Part shown: one piece after another, positions 1-9,079 of the stretch
Layout: each line of letters begins with the position of its first letter
Numbering within the stretch: position 1 is the stretch's first letter
Origin: a virus
Taxonomy: Duplodnaviria > Caudoviricetes
Strand: one strand, 5' to 3'
Length of the DNA stretch: 32,671 nucleotides
IMG/VR virus record: IMGVR_UViG_3300044513_001279
Coordinates: 1-32,671 of that record
Notes under the pieces: model-generated
Seen by the model: the letters and a program-made list of their open reading frames with translations, nothing else
The model's database searches: none
Told to the model about the DNA's origin: nothing
Made by a program: the position numbers and the translations under genes

Positions 1-1
1 A

Positions 2-505
2 ATAGGCTCAGATACATACACTGGTGCAGGCACATTATTAAGCGTAAGTAACTCAGAAGATAACTTAGAATTAAAGTCTAATGGACTTGTTGTTGCTTTG
101 TCAGGCATGGACACGACAGTTGTTAATTATGCACTTACAGAAAACTACCAAAACAGACCCATAACTATTTTTATGGGATATGTTATGGGTGGTACAAATG
201 AGGTAGCAGGAACGCTCACTTTGTTTAAAGGTAGAATGACTAGTCTTGTGATAAACGATACGCCTGAAGGTAGCACAGTAACGATAGATGCGGAAAATAG
301 ACTTGTAGACCTAGACAGACCATCCAACCTTAGATACACAAAAGAATCACAAAACTTTCTGCATTCAGGTGATACAGGCTTTAATCGTGTTTCATCTTTG
401 CAAGACAAACAAATTAATTGGGGAAAAACATCAGATACAGCAGGCAAGGGTAGTGGTGGTGGCAGACCTTCAGACTCAGATAAATATAGCTTTTTAGAGA
501 AATGA
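2..505 (+). CDS. Minor tail/baseplate hub-like protein (5'-truncated)
   Basis: Frame is open from base 2 (IGSDTYTGAGTLLSV...), so the true start is outside the window. The C-terminal RYT..SQ...GDTGF..V..LQ...WG pattern is typical of the siphovirus minor tail gene preceding an NlpC/P60-like gene and the central tail gene. Confidence 0.7.
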   Translation: MGSDTYTGAGTLLSVSNSEDNLELKSNGLVVALSGMDTTVVNYALTENYQNRPITIFMGYVMGGTNEVAGTLTLFKGRMTSLVINDTPEGSTVTIDAENRLVDLDRPSNLRYTKESQNFLHSGDTGFNRVSSLQDKQINWGKTSDTAGKGSGGGRPSDSDKYSFLEK

Positions 506-915
506 AGAAATTACCAAATTGGGAACCCATGTTTCATGACTTTGTAAAAAATAATAACTTTCCTTTTCAGTGGGGACAGAATGATTGTTGTAAATTTAGC
601 AACGCACTTATAAAACAAATTACAGGCGAGGATTTAATACCAAAAAAACTTAAATGGAAAGACGAAGAAAGTGCCATGAAAGCCATAGCATCATATGGCG
701 GTGATTTAGAAACAAGCATAGAGAAAGCCTGCAACGCAAAAGGCGTGGGTGAGATAGACAAAGCCTTTATGACTTGTGGTGATCTTGTTGTTTATGAACA
801 AAACGGCTCTAATCTTGTGGGTATGTGCAATGGCTTTGGAATACTAACACCGACAGATGATGGGATAGGTGTGGTTGATTGTGAACTAGCATACAGGGTT
901 TGGAGATTTGATTAA
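502..915 (+). CDS. NlpC/P60-like tail assembly protein (DUF6950-like)
   Basis: FQWGQNDCC motif, GDLV motif, and position directly before the large tail protein; ATGA overlap with the upstream gene. Confidence 0.7.
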   Translation: MKKLPNWEPMFHDFVKNNNFPFQWGQNDCCKFSNALIKQITGEDLIPKKLKWKDEESAMKAIASYGGDLETSIEKACNAKGVGEIDKAFMTCGDLVVYEQNGSNLVGMCNGFGILTPTDDGIGVVDCELAYRVWRFD

Positions 916-3900
916 TGGCTAAACAGATTAAAGCAGCCTTAACAGCAGCTATTATAGTTTTTGCGGTTGCGACAGGAACAATTTATTTTTTTGGTGCTGG
1001 TGCTTTAGGTGGAGCAACAGCATTAGGAATGGCAGCAATGACTTTTGGTACTACACTAGTAGCAAGTGTTATAGGAAAAATGACATCAAAGGGAATTGAT
1101 GCTTCTTCGGCAAACTTTGGTAATAAATTTGCAACTCGTGCCCCACTAGCACCAAGACAAATTATCTATGGTGAATGCCGAGTAGGTGGGACTATGGTTC
1201 ACATAGAAACTACAGGTACAGATAATTATTTACTACACATGGTTGTTGCTATAGCAGGACATGAAATAGAAAGTCTAGAAACGCTTAGACTTAATGATAT
1301 AAATACTACAACCACGACATCTACTATAAGCGGTTCAACAGTCTACACAGTAACTAATGCTGATTTTACCAACACAGAAAATGATAATAATCTAGGTAGC
1401 GGTAGATTAGTTCGTTATTCATTTGAAGATGGCAGCCAAACAGCAGTCAATGGTTTTATGAATGCACAGCTTACAACCATGGGAACAACAGATAAATTTT
1501 TAGGTGTTGCTTATGTGTATATACAAATGGTTTTTGATGCAGAAAAGTTTGGTGGTGGGATGCCTGCAGTATCATTCAAAGTTAAGGGTAAAAATATTTA
1601 TGACCCACGAACAGGTGCAAACGCAACAACAGATTTACAAAGATCAAACCCTGCTTTAATTATTAGAGATTATTTAACAGATACACAATATGGCTTAAAA
1701 GCTAAAGCATCTGAAATAAATGACACTACTAATGCAGGTGGTATTGCTTCTGCTGCAAATACTTGCGATCAAAATGTAACTTTAGCAGATGGGGTAACAA
1801 CAGAAACAAGATATACAGCAAATGGTTTCACTAATTTTAGTGCTAATGGAAATGGTGTATTAGAAGCCGTACTCAGTTCTATGGCAGGTAAAATGTCCTA
1901 TGTAAATGGTCAATTTACAGTTTTTGCAGGAGCATCACAGACACCTAGTTTAACAATTACTGATGATGAGTTGTTGCAACCAATAGCAGTCTCAACAAAT
2001 GCAAGTTCAGGTGATTTATATAACTCAGTGAAACCCATTTATGTTGATGCTTCATTAAATTACATATCAACAGATGCAGAAGTTTATCAAGATTCCACAT
2101 TTTTAAATGCTGATACGCCTAGTGGCGAAAGTACAGCTAATTATGTAAAACAAATGGAAACACAATTGCCATTTACTGTTACAGATACCATGGCACAAAG
2201 ATTAGGTCGCATAGCTTTAAAGAGCCAAAGACAATCAACATCATTATCTGTTTTAGTAAGTTTGCAATTTATGAGGTTGCAACCTAATGATTGGGTTTAT
2301 CTTACAAACGAAAGACTAAGTTTTAATCAAAAAGTTTTTGAAGTCTTGGCTACCAACATGGAAGTCATACAGGATGGTGATGTTCCAGTTATAGCTACAA
2401 GACTAGAACTAAAAGAAATAGAAGCATCCGTATTTAACTTTGCAACTAATGACTACACCACAGGTCAAGCAGAAGGCTCTGATGTATCAACAGGAACTTA
2501 TAGCGTAACTGCACCATCAAACCTTGCTCTGTCTCAACAGAACGCTATAGACGGCACAACCAGTAAGGTAGACATACGAGTGTCATGGACAAACAATGCT
2601 AGTGATAAAGTTACCCTAACTGAAATTACATACAAGCTCAGCACAGACGCTTCTTACACATCAGATTTCACAGTAGGCAAAAGAGTATCTACTGGATTAA
2701 TTCCCAATGTTGTTGTCGGCAGTGTCTACAATGTAAAGATTAGGCACATTGATGTGAATGGTGTTACCAGTCCTTATACAAGTGTAGTAAATATAACGAT
2801 AGGTGTTGCTTCATCAGCACCTGCAACCCCTACAAATCTATCTGTAACGACAGGCAGGCTTAATATGTTAGTGTCTTGGACTAACCCTAATTCATCAGAC
2901 TTTAGAGCAGTCAAGGTATATAGAAAAACAGCTAACAGTACACCAACTGATGATACAGATTTAGTAGACACTATAGGTGGTGAGCCTAATAAGATATCTA
3001 CAACTTTGTTTGGAGATCAAGACGGCTTGACAGCAGGCACTACTTATTACTTTTGGGTAAGAGCAGTCAATCATTCAGATCAACATTCAGCTTTTAGTAG
3101 CTCAGTAGCAGGTAACTTTATTAAAGCCGTTCCTGATGGAACTATAGATACTTTGCAACTTGCAGATGATGCAGTAACTAATGCAAAAATAGCAGTTGAT
3201 GCTATTACAGAAGATGTTATTGCAGCAGGTGCTATAACAGAAACTAAACTAGGAGTTGATGCTGTAACATCAGCTAAGATTGCTGACAATGCAATCACAA
3301 CAGCACTTATAAATGACGATGCTATCACAACATCTAAGATTGTTGATGATGCTGTAACCAATGCACTCATAGCGACAGATGCGGTAAATCAAGACTCCAT
3401 TGCTGCAAACTCAGTAACAGCCACGCAAATAGTTGCAGGCACTATCACAGCATTGGAACTAGCAACAAATGCAATAACGGCAGTCAAGATAAATGCAAAT
3501 GCTGTAACTACCAACAAAATAAACGCCAATGCAATTACAACTGAAAAAATAAATGCAGGGGCAGTAACTGCTACGGAAATAGCCGCAGGAACTATTACTG
3601 CTAATGAGTTAGCTACAGATTCAATTACTTCAGATAAGATTCGTGCAAATGCCATAACAGCAGCAAAAATTTTAGCAGGAGAAGTTATTGCAGGAAAACT
3701 TGCAGCAAATTCTGTTGTAGCGATAAACATAGAAGCTGATGCAGTTACTGCCGATAAGATACAAGCAGATTCTGTAACAGCAGATAAAATAAATGTAACC
3801 ACGCTATCAGCAATTTCTGCAAATGTTGGATTACTTACCGCAGGAACTATTGATGCATCTTCCTTGACTGTTAGCAATATCAATGCCAGTAATATTACTT

Positions 3901-4826
3901 CAGGTACTGTTTCCACTCAGAGGCTGAATGTCTCAGATATTATAAGCACAGGAAGCATTATAGTTAGTGGTTCTAACATATCTAATTTAACCAATAATTC
4001 AAATTACATAGTTAGTGGTTCTAACATATCTAATTTAAACAATAATTCAGGTTACACCACTTTTGACAGTGGAGATATTACACAAAGTCTAATTGTGGCA
4101 AAAATAACAGATGCCGCAAGTTTTAGAAACGATATTGCAGCGTACGCATCTTCAAACCCTAATGGTTATACAACTTTTGCGTCAGGAGATGTTCAAAATG
4201 CAATTACAAATGATGTAACTAGTATTAGTGGATCAAAAATAACAACAGGAACTTTGAACGCTGCAAATGTTAATATTATAAATTTAAATGCAAGTAATAT
4301 TACAACAGGAAGTATTACAGCGGACAGAATTGATACAACCAATTTATTTTTGCCCTCATCTGGAGGTGAAAAAACTGGTACTACTTTGGGTTATTGGAAT
4401 GAAAATGATTTTAATTATCGTCATGTTGCAGAAATTGGCAGTGGTTCAGGTTTTTACACAGGATATGTGAGAGTTTTTAAAGGTAGTTTTGCAGGACAAA
4501 TAAAAACAATTAGTTTCTTGATATCTGATGGCACATTTGGTCCAAGCAGTGCATATAATGTAAACACCAGTGTAACTTTTACTGACATAACTAAAATTAC
4601 AGAAGCATCCTCACACGCTATTTTTGTTACCACTGATCTGCAATACTTAACAGGTGGGTGGATAGCTAACAGCAGATTAATAACAGGAAAAGACAGTTCT
4701 AACATTCCTTTGTCATTTAGATATACTGGCTCAGGAACTTTAAATATTTTTATATATGCACAAGCAGATAGCAACACTCAATACATGGGCGGTGCTGATG
4801 CTAGGTTTGTGCATTTTAGCACTTAG
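915..4826 (+). CDS. Central tail/host-specificity protein with FN3 domains and a repeat-rich fibre shaft
   Basis: 1303 aa. It has IIYGECRVGG and KVKGKNIYDPR...NPALIIRDYLTD tail motifs, two fibronectin-III-like units (APSNL...VSW...YNVKIRH; TPTNL...VSW...YYFWVRAVN), and 22 tandem 10-aa repeats. Confidence 0.85.
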   Translation: MAKQIKAALTAAIIVFAVATGTIYFFGAGALGGATALGMAAMTFGTTLVASVIGKMTSKGIDASSANFGNKFATRAPLAPRQIIYGECRVGGTMVHIETTGTDNYLLHMVVAIAGHEIESLETLRLNDINTTTTTSTISGSTVYTVTNADFTNTENDNNLGSGRLVRYSFEDGSQTAVNGFMNAQLTTMGTTDKFLGVAYVYIQMVFDAEKFGGGMPAVSFKVKGKNIYDPRTGANATTDLQRSNPALIIRDYLTDTQYGLKAKASEINDTTNAGGIASAANTCDQNVTLADGVTTETRYTANGFTNFSANGNGVLEAVLSSMAGKMSYVNGQFTVFAGASQTPSLTITDDELLQPIAVSTNASSGDLYNSVKPIYVDASLNYISTDAEVYQDSTFLNADTPSGESTANYVKQMETQLPFTVTDTMAQRLGRIALKSQRQSTSLSVLVSLQFMRLQPNDWVYLTNERLSFNQKVFEVLATNMEVIQDGDVPVIATRLELKEIEASVFNFATNDYTTGQAEGSDVSTGTYSVTAPSNLALSQQNAIDGTTSKVDIRVSWTNNASDKVTLTEITYKLSTDASYTSDFTVGKRVSTGLIPNVVVGSVYNVKIRHIDVNGVTSPYTSVVNITIGVASSAPATPTNLSVTTGRLNMLVSWTNPNSSDFRAVKVYRKTANSTPTDDTDLVDTIGGEPNKISTTLFGDQDGLTAGTTYYFWVRAVNHSDQHSAFSSSVAGNFIKAVPDGTIDTLQLADDAVTNAKIAVDAITEDVIAAGAITETKLGVDAVTSAKIADNAITTALINDDAITTSKIVDDAVTNALIATDAVNQDSIAANSVTATQIVAGTITALELATNAITAVKINANAVTTNKINANAITTEKINAGAVTATEIAAGTITANELATDSITSDKIRANAITAAKILAGEVIAGKLAANSVVAINIEADAVTADKIQADSVTADKINVTTLSAISANVGLLTAGTIDASSLTVSNINASNITSGTVSTQRLNVSDIISTGSIIVSGSNISNLTNNSNYIVSGSNISNLNNNSGYTTFDSGDITQSLIVAKITDAASFRNDIAAYASSNPNGYTTFASGDVQNAITNDVTSISGSKITTGTLNAANVNIINLNASNITTGSITADRIDTTNLFLPSSGGEKTGTTLGYWNENDFNYRHVAEIGSGSGFYTGYVRVFKGSFAGQIKTISFLISDGTFGPSSAYNVNTSVTFTDITKITEASSHAIFVTTDLQYLTGGWIANSRLITGKDSSNIPLSFRYTGSGTLNIFIYAQADSNTQYMGGADARFVHFST
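3138..3797 (+). repeat. 22 x 10-aa (30-nt period) degenerate coding repeat, consensus [DNG]A[VI]TxxKIxx
   Basis: Counted from GTIDTLQLAD to DSVTADKINV in the translation of 915..4826. Confidence 0.9.
3960..4055 (+). repeat. 48-bp tandem duplication (IVSGSNISNL[T/N]NNS[N/G]Y x2)
   Basis: 3960-4007 and 4008-4055 are identical at 45 of 48 positions. Confidence 0.9.
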
Positions 4827-4833
4827 GTAGATT

Positions 4834-5187
4834 ATGGTTTGGAATAGCACAGTAACAGATATGCACACCTTTAATTCTGTAATCACGGTTACTGAAATTT
4901 ATCATCAGCAATATGAGATTGGCGGTAAAAGTATTGTTTACAATATTAAGTTCAATGTAACTGGCACAGATACAGACGGCAGTGAAAACAGCTACACTCT
5001 TGAAAATGAGATGATTGCATTTACACCATCTACAATTAATACTACTAGCGAAGATTTTATAGATGTGGAAAATGTAACAGACGATATTGCAAAAGGTTGG
5101 ATAGAAGATTTTTTCGCATCAAATCAAAACTTAGACCTAGCTTTTACCAATTTAATTTATGGACCACCTGATGCAACAGGTGATTGA
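4834..5187 (+). CDS. Hypothetical acidic protein, possible tail fibre-associated chaperone
   Basis: 117 aa with SD-like AGGT, immediately after the fibre gene. The FIDVENVTDDIAKGWI segment resembles small proteins that follow tail fibres. Confidence 0.55.
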   Translation: MVWNSTVTDMHTFNSVITVTEIYHQQYEIGGKSIVYNIKFNVTGTDTDGSENSYTLENEMIAFTPSTINTTSEDFIDVENVTDDIAKGWIEDFFASNQNLDLAFTNLIYGPPDATGD

Positions 5188-5201
5188 AAAGGAGAATAAT
5201 T

Positions 5202-5582
5202 ATGCAACATGACGGAAGATTTAGCGGAGACATGGATAGAAACGAAGTAGAAATGGACCTTAACAAGTTCATGGCTATGGTAGAGGAGATCGGTGCTTTG
5301 AAAGATAAGATTAGAGACTTAGAAGATGAGTCAACCAAGAACCCACATCAGAGGTGGATATTCTTAGCACAGGCAGTAGACTCATGGAGAATATTCCCTA
5401 GAGCTTTCTTAACTGTATATATCTTTTTGCTTTATTACACTGTGATGTGGTTCATGGAACTACAAGAGCCAAGCTTTGAGCAAAGTGGTCTTATATCAGT
5501 AATCGTAGGAGCAGGCGCAGCATGGTTTGGACTTTATGCAGGAACCAGTGGTTCTAGTAAAAGTTTTAACGGAGAAAAGTAG
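5202..5582 (+). CDS. Two-TM membrane protein, possibly holin-like
   Basis: ATG 5202 follows AGGAG and is preferred to TTG 5184. N-terminal coiled coil, then two hydrophobic helices (WRIFPRAFLTVYIFLLYYTVMWF; LISVIVGAGAAWFGLY). Confidence 0.6.
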   Translation: MQHDGRFSGDMDRNEVEMDLNKFMAMVEEIGALKDKIRDLEDESTKNPHQRWIFLAQAVDSWRIFPRAFLTVYIFLLYYTVMWFMELQEPSFEQSGLISVIVGAGAAWFGLYAGTSGSSKSFNGEK

Positions 5583-5600
5583 AGTCAGGTTTTACGAAAC

Positions 5601-6386
5601 CTAGCTTACTTGTTTTAAAAATTTACCTTTTGTAGGTCTTTTGTAAAAGTACATTGTTCCGTCAAAGTCTTTTGGTTTTTCTATCTTTGCATCAAATTGA
5701 ACAACACTACCTACTTCTACAAAAACTTCTTGCATTACATCTTCTTCTAAATAATCAGAGTAAACAGGTTGTTTGATAGTAGGTATTGAACCGTAAACTT
5801 TTTGACCAGTCTCAAGAAGAAAGATACCTTTCTGCACATAACCCCATTCAGTTTCGTACTCTTTCCAATTTACAAGCTCACCAGTAATGGTAATTCTTTT
5901 TTCTGTGCTTAATTCAGGAACATTTGCTAGTTTTTGCAAGTCATCATATTTTCTGCATGATCTAGTCATAAAATTACCCCAACATACAATTGCAAAGTTT
6001 AAGTCTCTTTGTGCATTTCTCTCTGCTCTTTCAGCACTAACTTTTTCCCAAAAATCTTTCTTAGCTTGTTTTTCTGCTTTTTCTTGAGCAATTGTTTCTT
6101 TGTCTCTTTGCACAATTTCGTTAAGCTCTCTTTTGTCTGTAATAACAAGCTTAAGGTCTTTGTCGTTAAAGGAGTTGTAGTTGGCAACATAGTCTTTAGC
6201 TTTAGCCACAGCTTTATCATAATCAGTAGAAAGAGTTTTAACATACTGGTCACTGCGACTGTAAGTAGATGCTTGATAAGGCTGAGAAACGCTTGCTTCT
6301 TCAAACTTTCTTAAAGTGAAAAAGTTATTACCTGCACCAGTAGAAAGGTAAAAGTATTTATTTGTAAAAATTTTTGTTCCTGTCAT
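5601..6386 (-). CDS. Hypothetical protein, possible C-terminal OB-fold
   Basis: 261 aa with a strong AGGAG SD and its own sigma70-like promoter. The C-terminus is beta-rich (RITITGELV...VYGSIP...VQFDAKI). Confidence 0.65.
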   Translation of the reverse strand: MTGTKIFTNKYFYLSTGAGNNFFTLRKFEEASVSQPYQASTYSRSDQYVKTLSTDYDKAVAKAKDYVANYNSFNDKDLKLVITDKRELNEIVQRDKETIAQEKAEKQAKKDFWEKVSAERAERNAQRDLNFAIVCWGNFMTRSCRKYDDLQKLANVPELSTEKRITITGELVNWKEYETEWGYVQKGIFLLETGQKVYGSIPTIKQPVYSDYLEEDVMQEVFVEVGSVVQFDAKIEKPKDFDGTMYFYKRPTKGKFLKQVS

Positions 6387-6414
6387 TTTATCTCCTATAT
6401 CAATTTATACCACT

Positions 6415-6444
6415 ATTATAAACCCATAATGGAATTATATGCAA
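6415..6444 (-). promoter_or_regulatory. Sigma70-like promoter TTGCAT-18-TATAAT with embedded operator ACCCATAATGGAA (6422-6434)
   Basis: Read on the minus strand; nearly identical to the element at 16897-16942. Confidence 0.75.
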
Positions 6445-6471
6445 CACTTTTATCAATTTATTTGCACAGGG

Positions 6472-6486
6472 TGCTAAAATAAAACT
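6472..6486 (+). promoter_or_regulatory. Extended -10 (TGcTAAAAT), possibly giving a leaderless transcript of the curli-cyclase operon
   Basis: TAAAAT at 6475-6480 lies 6 nt before ATG 6487, and no SD is visible. Confidence 0.45.
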
Positions 6487-6780
6487 ATGAATATTATCAA
6501 GCTTATTGAAGATGTAGGTTTACCCATAGCAGGTGGTCTTATTATGGGTTATTTTATTTTCTTAATAATGAAACAGCTTATGGGTAATCTTGTAAATGAT
6601 ATACAAGGCGTACAAGCAATAACAAAAATGTTAATTACAAGAGCATCAATTATGAATAACGACATGATTAGAATTGATACAAGCGTCTCTAGTGCTTTAA
6701 ATTTACCGCCTGACCTAGATCGTATAGCAAGAGCAGAAAACTTCGTAGAAGATGGCAAGATAGACGCTAGGCGTGATTAA
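6487..6780 (+). CDS. Small membrane protein (TM + coiled coil), paralog A
   Basis: VGLPIAGGLIMGYFIFLIM helix, then M-N-N-D-M-I-R-I; similar to the next gene. Confidence 0.75.
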   Translation: MNIIKLIEDVGLPIAGGLIMGYFIFLIMKQLMGNLVNDIQGVQAITKMLITRASIMNNDMIRIDTSVSSALNLPPDLDRIARAENFVEDGKIDARRD

Positions 6781-7037
6781 TGGATATTGTAGCGTTAGTT
6801 GAAAAGTTTGGTTTCACCTCGGTCATGGTGATTGGACTAGGTTACTTTGTCTATTTTGTTTGGCAAACGATAACTAATACCATTGACCCTGCTGTATCTG
6901 AAATGAAAAAAACTATTATTAGGCTCACAGATCAATTGAGGCTATTAGATCAAGATATGATACGATTACAGCAGAAAGTGAATACAGTCTTAAAACTTAA
7001 TGATAAAAAAGAAAAAGATGTTGAGGGTAAGAAATGA
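6780..7037 (+). CDS. Small membrane protein (TM + coiled coil), paralog B
   Basis: FGFTSVMVIGLGYFVYFVW helix, then L-D-Q-D-M-I-R-L; TAATG coupling to the upstream gene. Confidence 0.75.
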   Translation: MDIVALVEKFGFTSVMVIGLGYFVYFVWQTITNTIDPAVSEMKKTIIRLTDQLRLLDQDMIRLQQKVNTVLKLNDKKEKDVEGKK

Positions 7038-7153
7038 TTGATTTATTTATAACAATATTAATAGCTTTTATATCAGCAGGATTAATGACCTCATGGTCTG
7101 AAACTTTAGATCAAGCTGAAAGAATGCAAGATGCAGAAAAAAACAAAGATTAA
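7034..7153 (+). CDS. 39-aa single-TM peptide (absent from the ORF track)
   Basis: MIDLFITILIAFISAGLMTSWSETLDQAERMQDAEKNKD*; ATGA overlap with the upstream stop, GAGG SD, and it fills the gap before csgF. Confidence 0.6.
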   Translation: MIDLFITILIAFISAGLMTSWSETLDQAERMQDAEKNKD

Positions 7154-7631
7154 CAAGTTTATAAATTTTTTTACTGAATTTGTAATTTGGGTATTTAGTA
7201 TTACTATTATTTCATTGTTTCTATTCGTTCTTGTAGTAAGTGCTGATGAAATGACACATAGTTTTAAAAGCCCTAGTTTCTCAGGTGTCGGCACATCCAG
7301 TCATTATTTGACCATAGAAAACCAAGAGTTCAACAGAAAGAAAGCAATTGCTGATGAGATTAAAGCCTATCAAGAAGATTTAGAAAGAGAAGCGGAAAAC
7401 ACCACACTGGCTAGGTTTATAAGAAACCTTGAAAGCAGGATTTATGCACAGCTTAGTAGACAACTTGTGGATAACCTTTTTGGTGAAACACCTAGCGAAT
7501 CAGGAACATTAGAACTTGAAGGCAACAAAATAGAATATACAACAGACGGAGATTTTATAACACTCATAATCACGGACAGCGATGGAAATACAACTGAGAT
7601 CACTTTGCCTATTGGGAATTTTGCTTTCTAG
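7131..7631 (+). CDS. csgF: Curli assembly protein CsgF-like
   Basis: Hydrophobic leader ending VSA-D, then MTHSFKSPSFSG (compare CsgF MTFQFRNPNFGG), FIRNLESRIYAQLS, and a C-terminal ITDSDGNTTEI; adjacent to csgG. Confidence 0.8.
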   Translation: MQKKTKINKFINFFTEFVIWVFSITIISLFLFVLVVSADEMTHSFKSPSFSGVGTSSHYLTIENQEFNRKKAIADEIKAYQEDLEREAENTTLARFIRNLESRIYAQLSRQLVDNLFGETPSESGTLELEGNKIEYTTDGDFITLIITDSDGNTTEITLPIGNFAF

Positions 7632-8412
7632 CTGTACTAATTGGTCAATACTAGATAATTACATACCACCAGTTAGCCTAACCAAACAGGCAGAAGTTGG
7701 AACCTTAATTAACAAAGAACTAGCAAACATTGGCAAGCCTTTTATTAAACCTACCATAGCTGTATACCCAACAAGCTTTACAGATCAAACAGGACAGCGT
7801 AGAAGCAACAGTAGTTACGCATCTTTCTCCACAGCTATAACCCAAGCACCTCATGCTTATCTTATTCGTGCATTGAAACACGCAAGTGATGGAGAGTTTT
7901 TTGATGTGGTGGAAAGAGTTGGACTGGATAACCTAACCAAAGAAAGACAGTTAATCAGATCAACGAGAAAAGATTTTAAAGAAAGCAAAGACTTAATGCC
8001 CCTCACATTTGCAGGTTTGTTAATGGAAGGTGGTGTGATAGGATATGAGAGCAACATAAAGTCAGGTGGCTTGGGTGCTAGATATTTGGGCATAGGCTCA
8101 ACCAAAGAGTACAGACAAGACATTGTTACCGTCTCTTTGCGTACCGTTTCTGTAAGCACAGGAAAAGTATTGACTGAAGTGTTGACCACAAAATCAATTC
8201 TTAGCGTAGCTATAAGTCAAGATGCTTTTCGTTTTGTTTCTAATGACACAGAGTTAGTGGAGATAGAAAATGGTATGGTTGAAAATGAATCTGTGAATAT
8301 TGCACTCCAAAACGCAATAGAAACGGCAGTCTTAGAAACCATACAATTAGGTTTAAAGAAAAATTTATGGAGCATAATAGATGAAGAAATACTTAATGCT
8401 ATTCGTGGTTAG
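7582..8412 (+). CDS. csgG: Curli secretion pore lipoprotein CsgG-like
   Basis: Lipobox LLSSC (C18) and CsgG motifs FTDQTGQR, FSTAITQ, VVERVGLDNLTKERQLIR, EGGVIGYESN, GGLGARYLGIG and YRQDIVTVSLRTVSVSTG. Confidence 0.92.
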   Translation: MEIQLRSLCLLGILLSSCTNWSILDNYIPPVSLTKQAEVGTLINKELANIGKPFIKPTIAVYPTSFTDQTGQRRSNSSYASFSTAITQAPHAYLIRALKHASDGEFFDVVERVGLDNLTKERQLIRSTRKDFKESKDLMPLTFAGLLMEGGVIGYESNIKSGGLGARYLGIGSTKEYRQDIVTVSLRTVSVSTGKVLTEVLTTKSILSVAISQDAFRFVSNDTELVEIENGMVENESVNIALQNAIETAVLETIQLGLKKNLWSIIDEEILNAIRG

Positions 8413-9079
8413 TTTTTTGTACGCAGACAATGAAGTTTATGTAGATCAAGTTGGTGCAACTTTTAACTTAGATATAGAACAACTTGGTTCATCAAACTTG
8501 ATCGGTGGTGCTAATGCTGTATCAGGGACTATGACCGCACTTGATCTTGATGGTACTACAATGACCTTAGACATCAATCAAATTGGTGATAGCAATAAAT
8601 TTCTAGGTGATATAACTGCTGATACCTTTACAGGTTTTTTTGAGTTTGACGGTGATAGCAATACATTCAATATACAAACTGACCCTACAAATACCTATGG
8701 TGCTGACAGTGGTAACTTTAATGTAGATGTTACTGGTGGCAGTAATACTTTTACTTTAGATGTTGCAACAAATGATCTAGCAAGCACGCTTGACCTTGAC
8801 TGGATTATCCAAGGCGACAGCAATACTTTTGATTTTGATATAGACTATGATTTGGCAACAAATTATGTAGATGTAGATGGAGATTCAAACACAATTAATT
8901 TTGACGCAGATGGATATTCAGGTGGATATTTCTATCTTGATCACACAGGTAATTCTCGCACATTCAACATAGATCAACAGAGTACATTAGCAAGTGATTG
9001 GTTACAGATCAATTCAAGTGGCAACAGTGGTACTGTTTGTGTCATTCAAAGTGATGGCGGTACAGCTACAAGCTGTTGA
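8381..9079 (+). CDS. Secreted curlin-like repeat (beta-solenoid) protein
   Basis: Short signal peptide; repeated [QDT]G[DG]SNTF-like units (EQLGSSN, NQIGDSN, FDGDSN, VTGGSN, IQGDSN, VDGDSN); very acidic; C-terminal Cys pair. Confidence 0.7.
   Translation: MKKYLMLFVVSFLYADNEVYVDQVGATFNLDIEQLGSSNLIGGANAVSGTMTALDLDGTTMTLDINQIGDSNKFLGDITADTFTGFFEFDGDSNTFNIQTDPTNTYGADSGNFNVDVTGGSNTFTLDVATNDLASTLDLDWIIQGDSNTFDFDIDYDLATNYVDVDGDSNTINFDADGYSGGYFYLDHTGNSRTFNIDQQSTLASDWLQINSSGNSGTVCVIQSDGGTATSC

Noticed and set aside
2774-3916. Long antisense ORFs opposite the tail repeats
   Set aside because: They mirror the codon-biased repeat frame of the plus-strand gene and have no SD or protein-like motifs.
3960-4055. 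48-bp repeat as a CRISPR array or DGR template/variable repeat
   Set aside because: It is an in-frame tandem duplication with no spacers, and no reverse transcriptase or cas operon is in the window.
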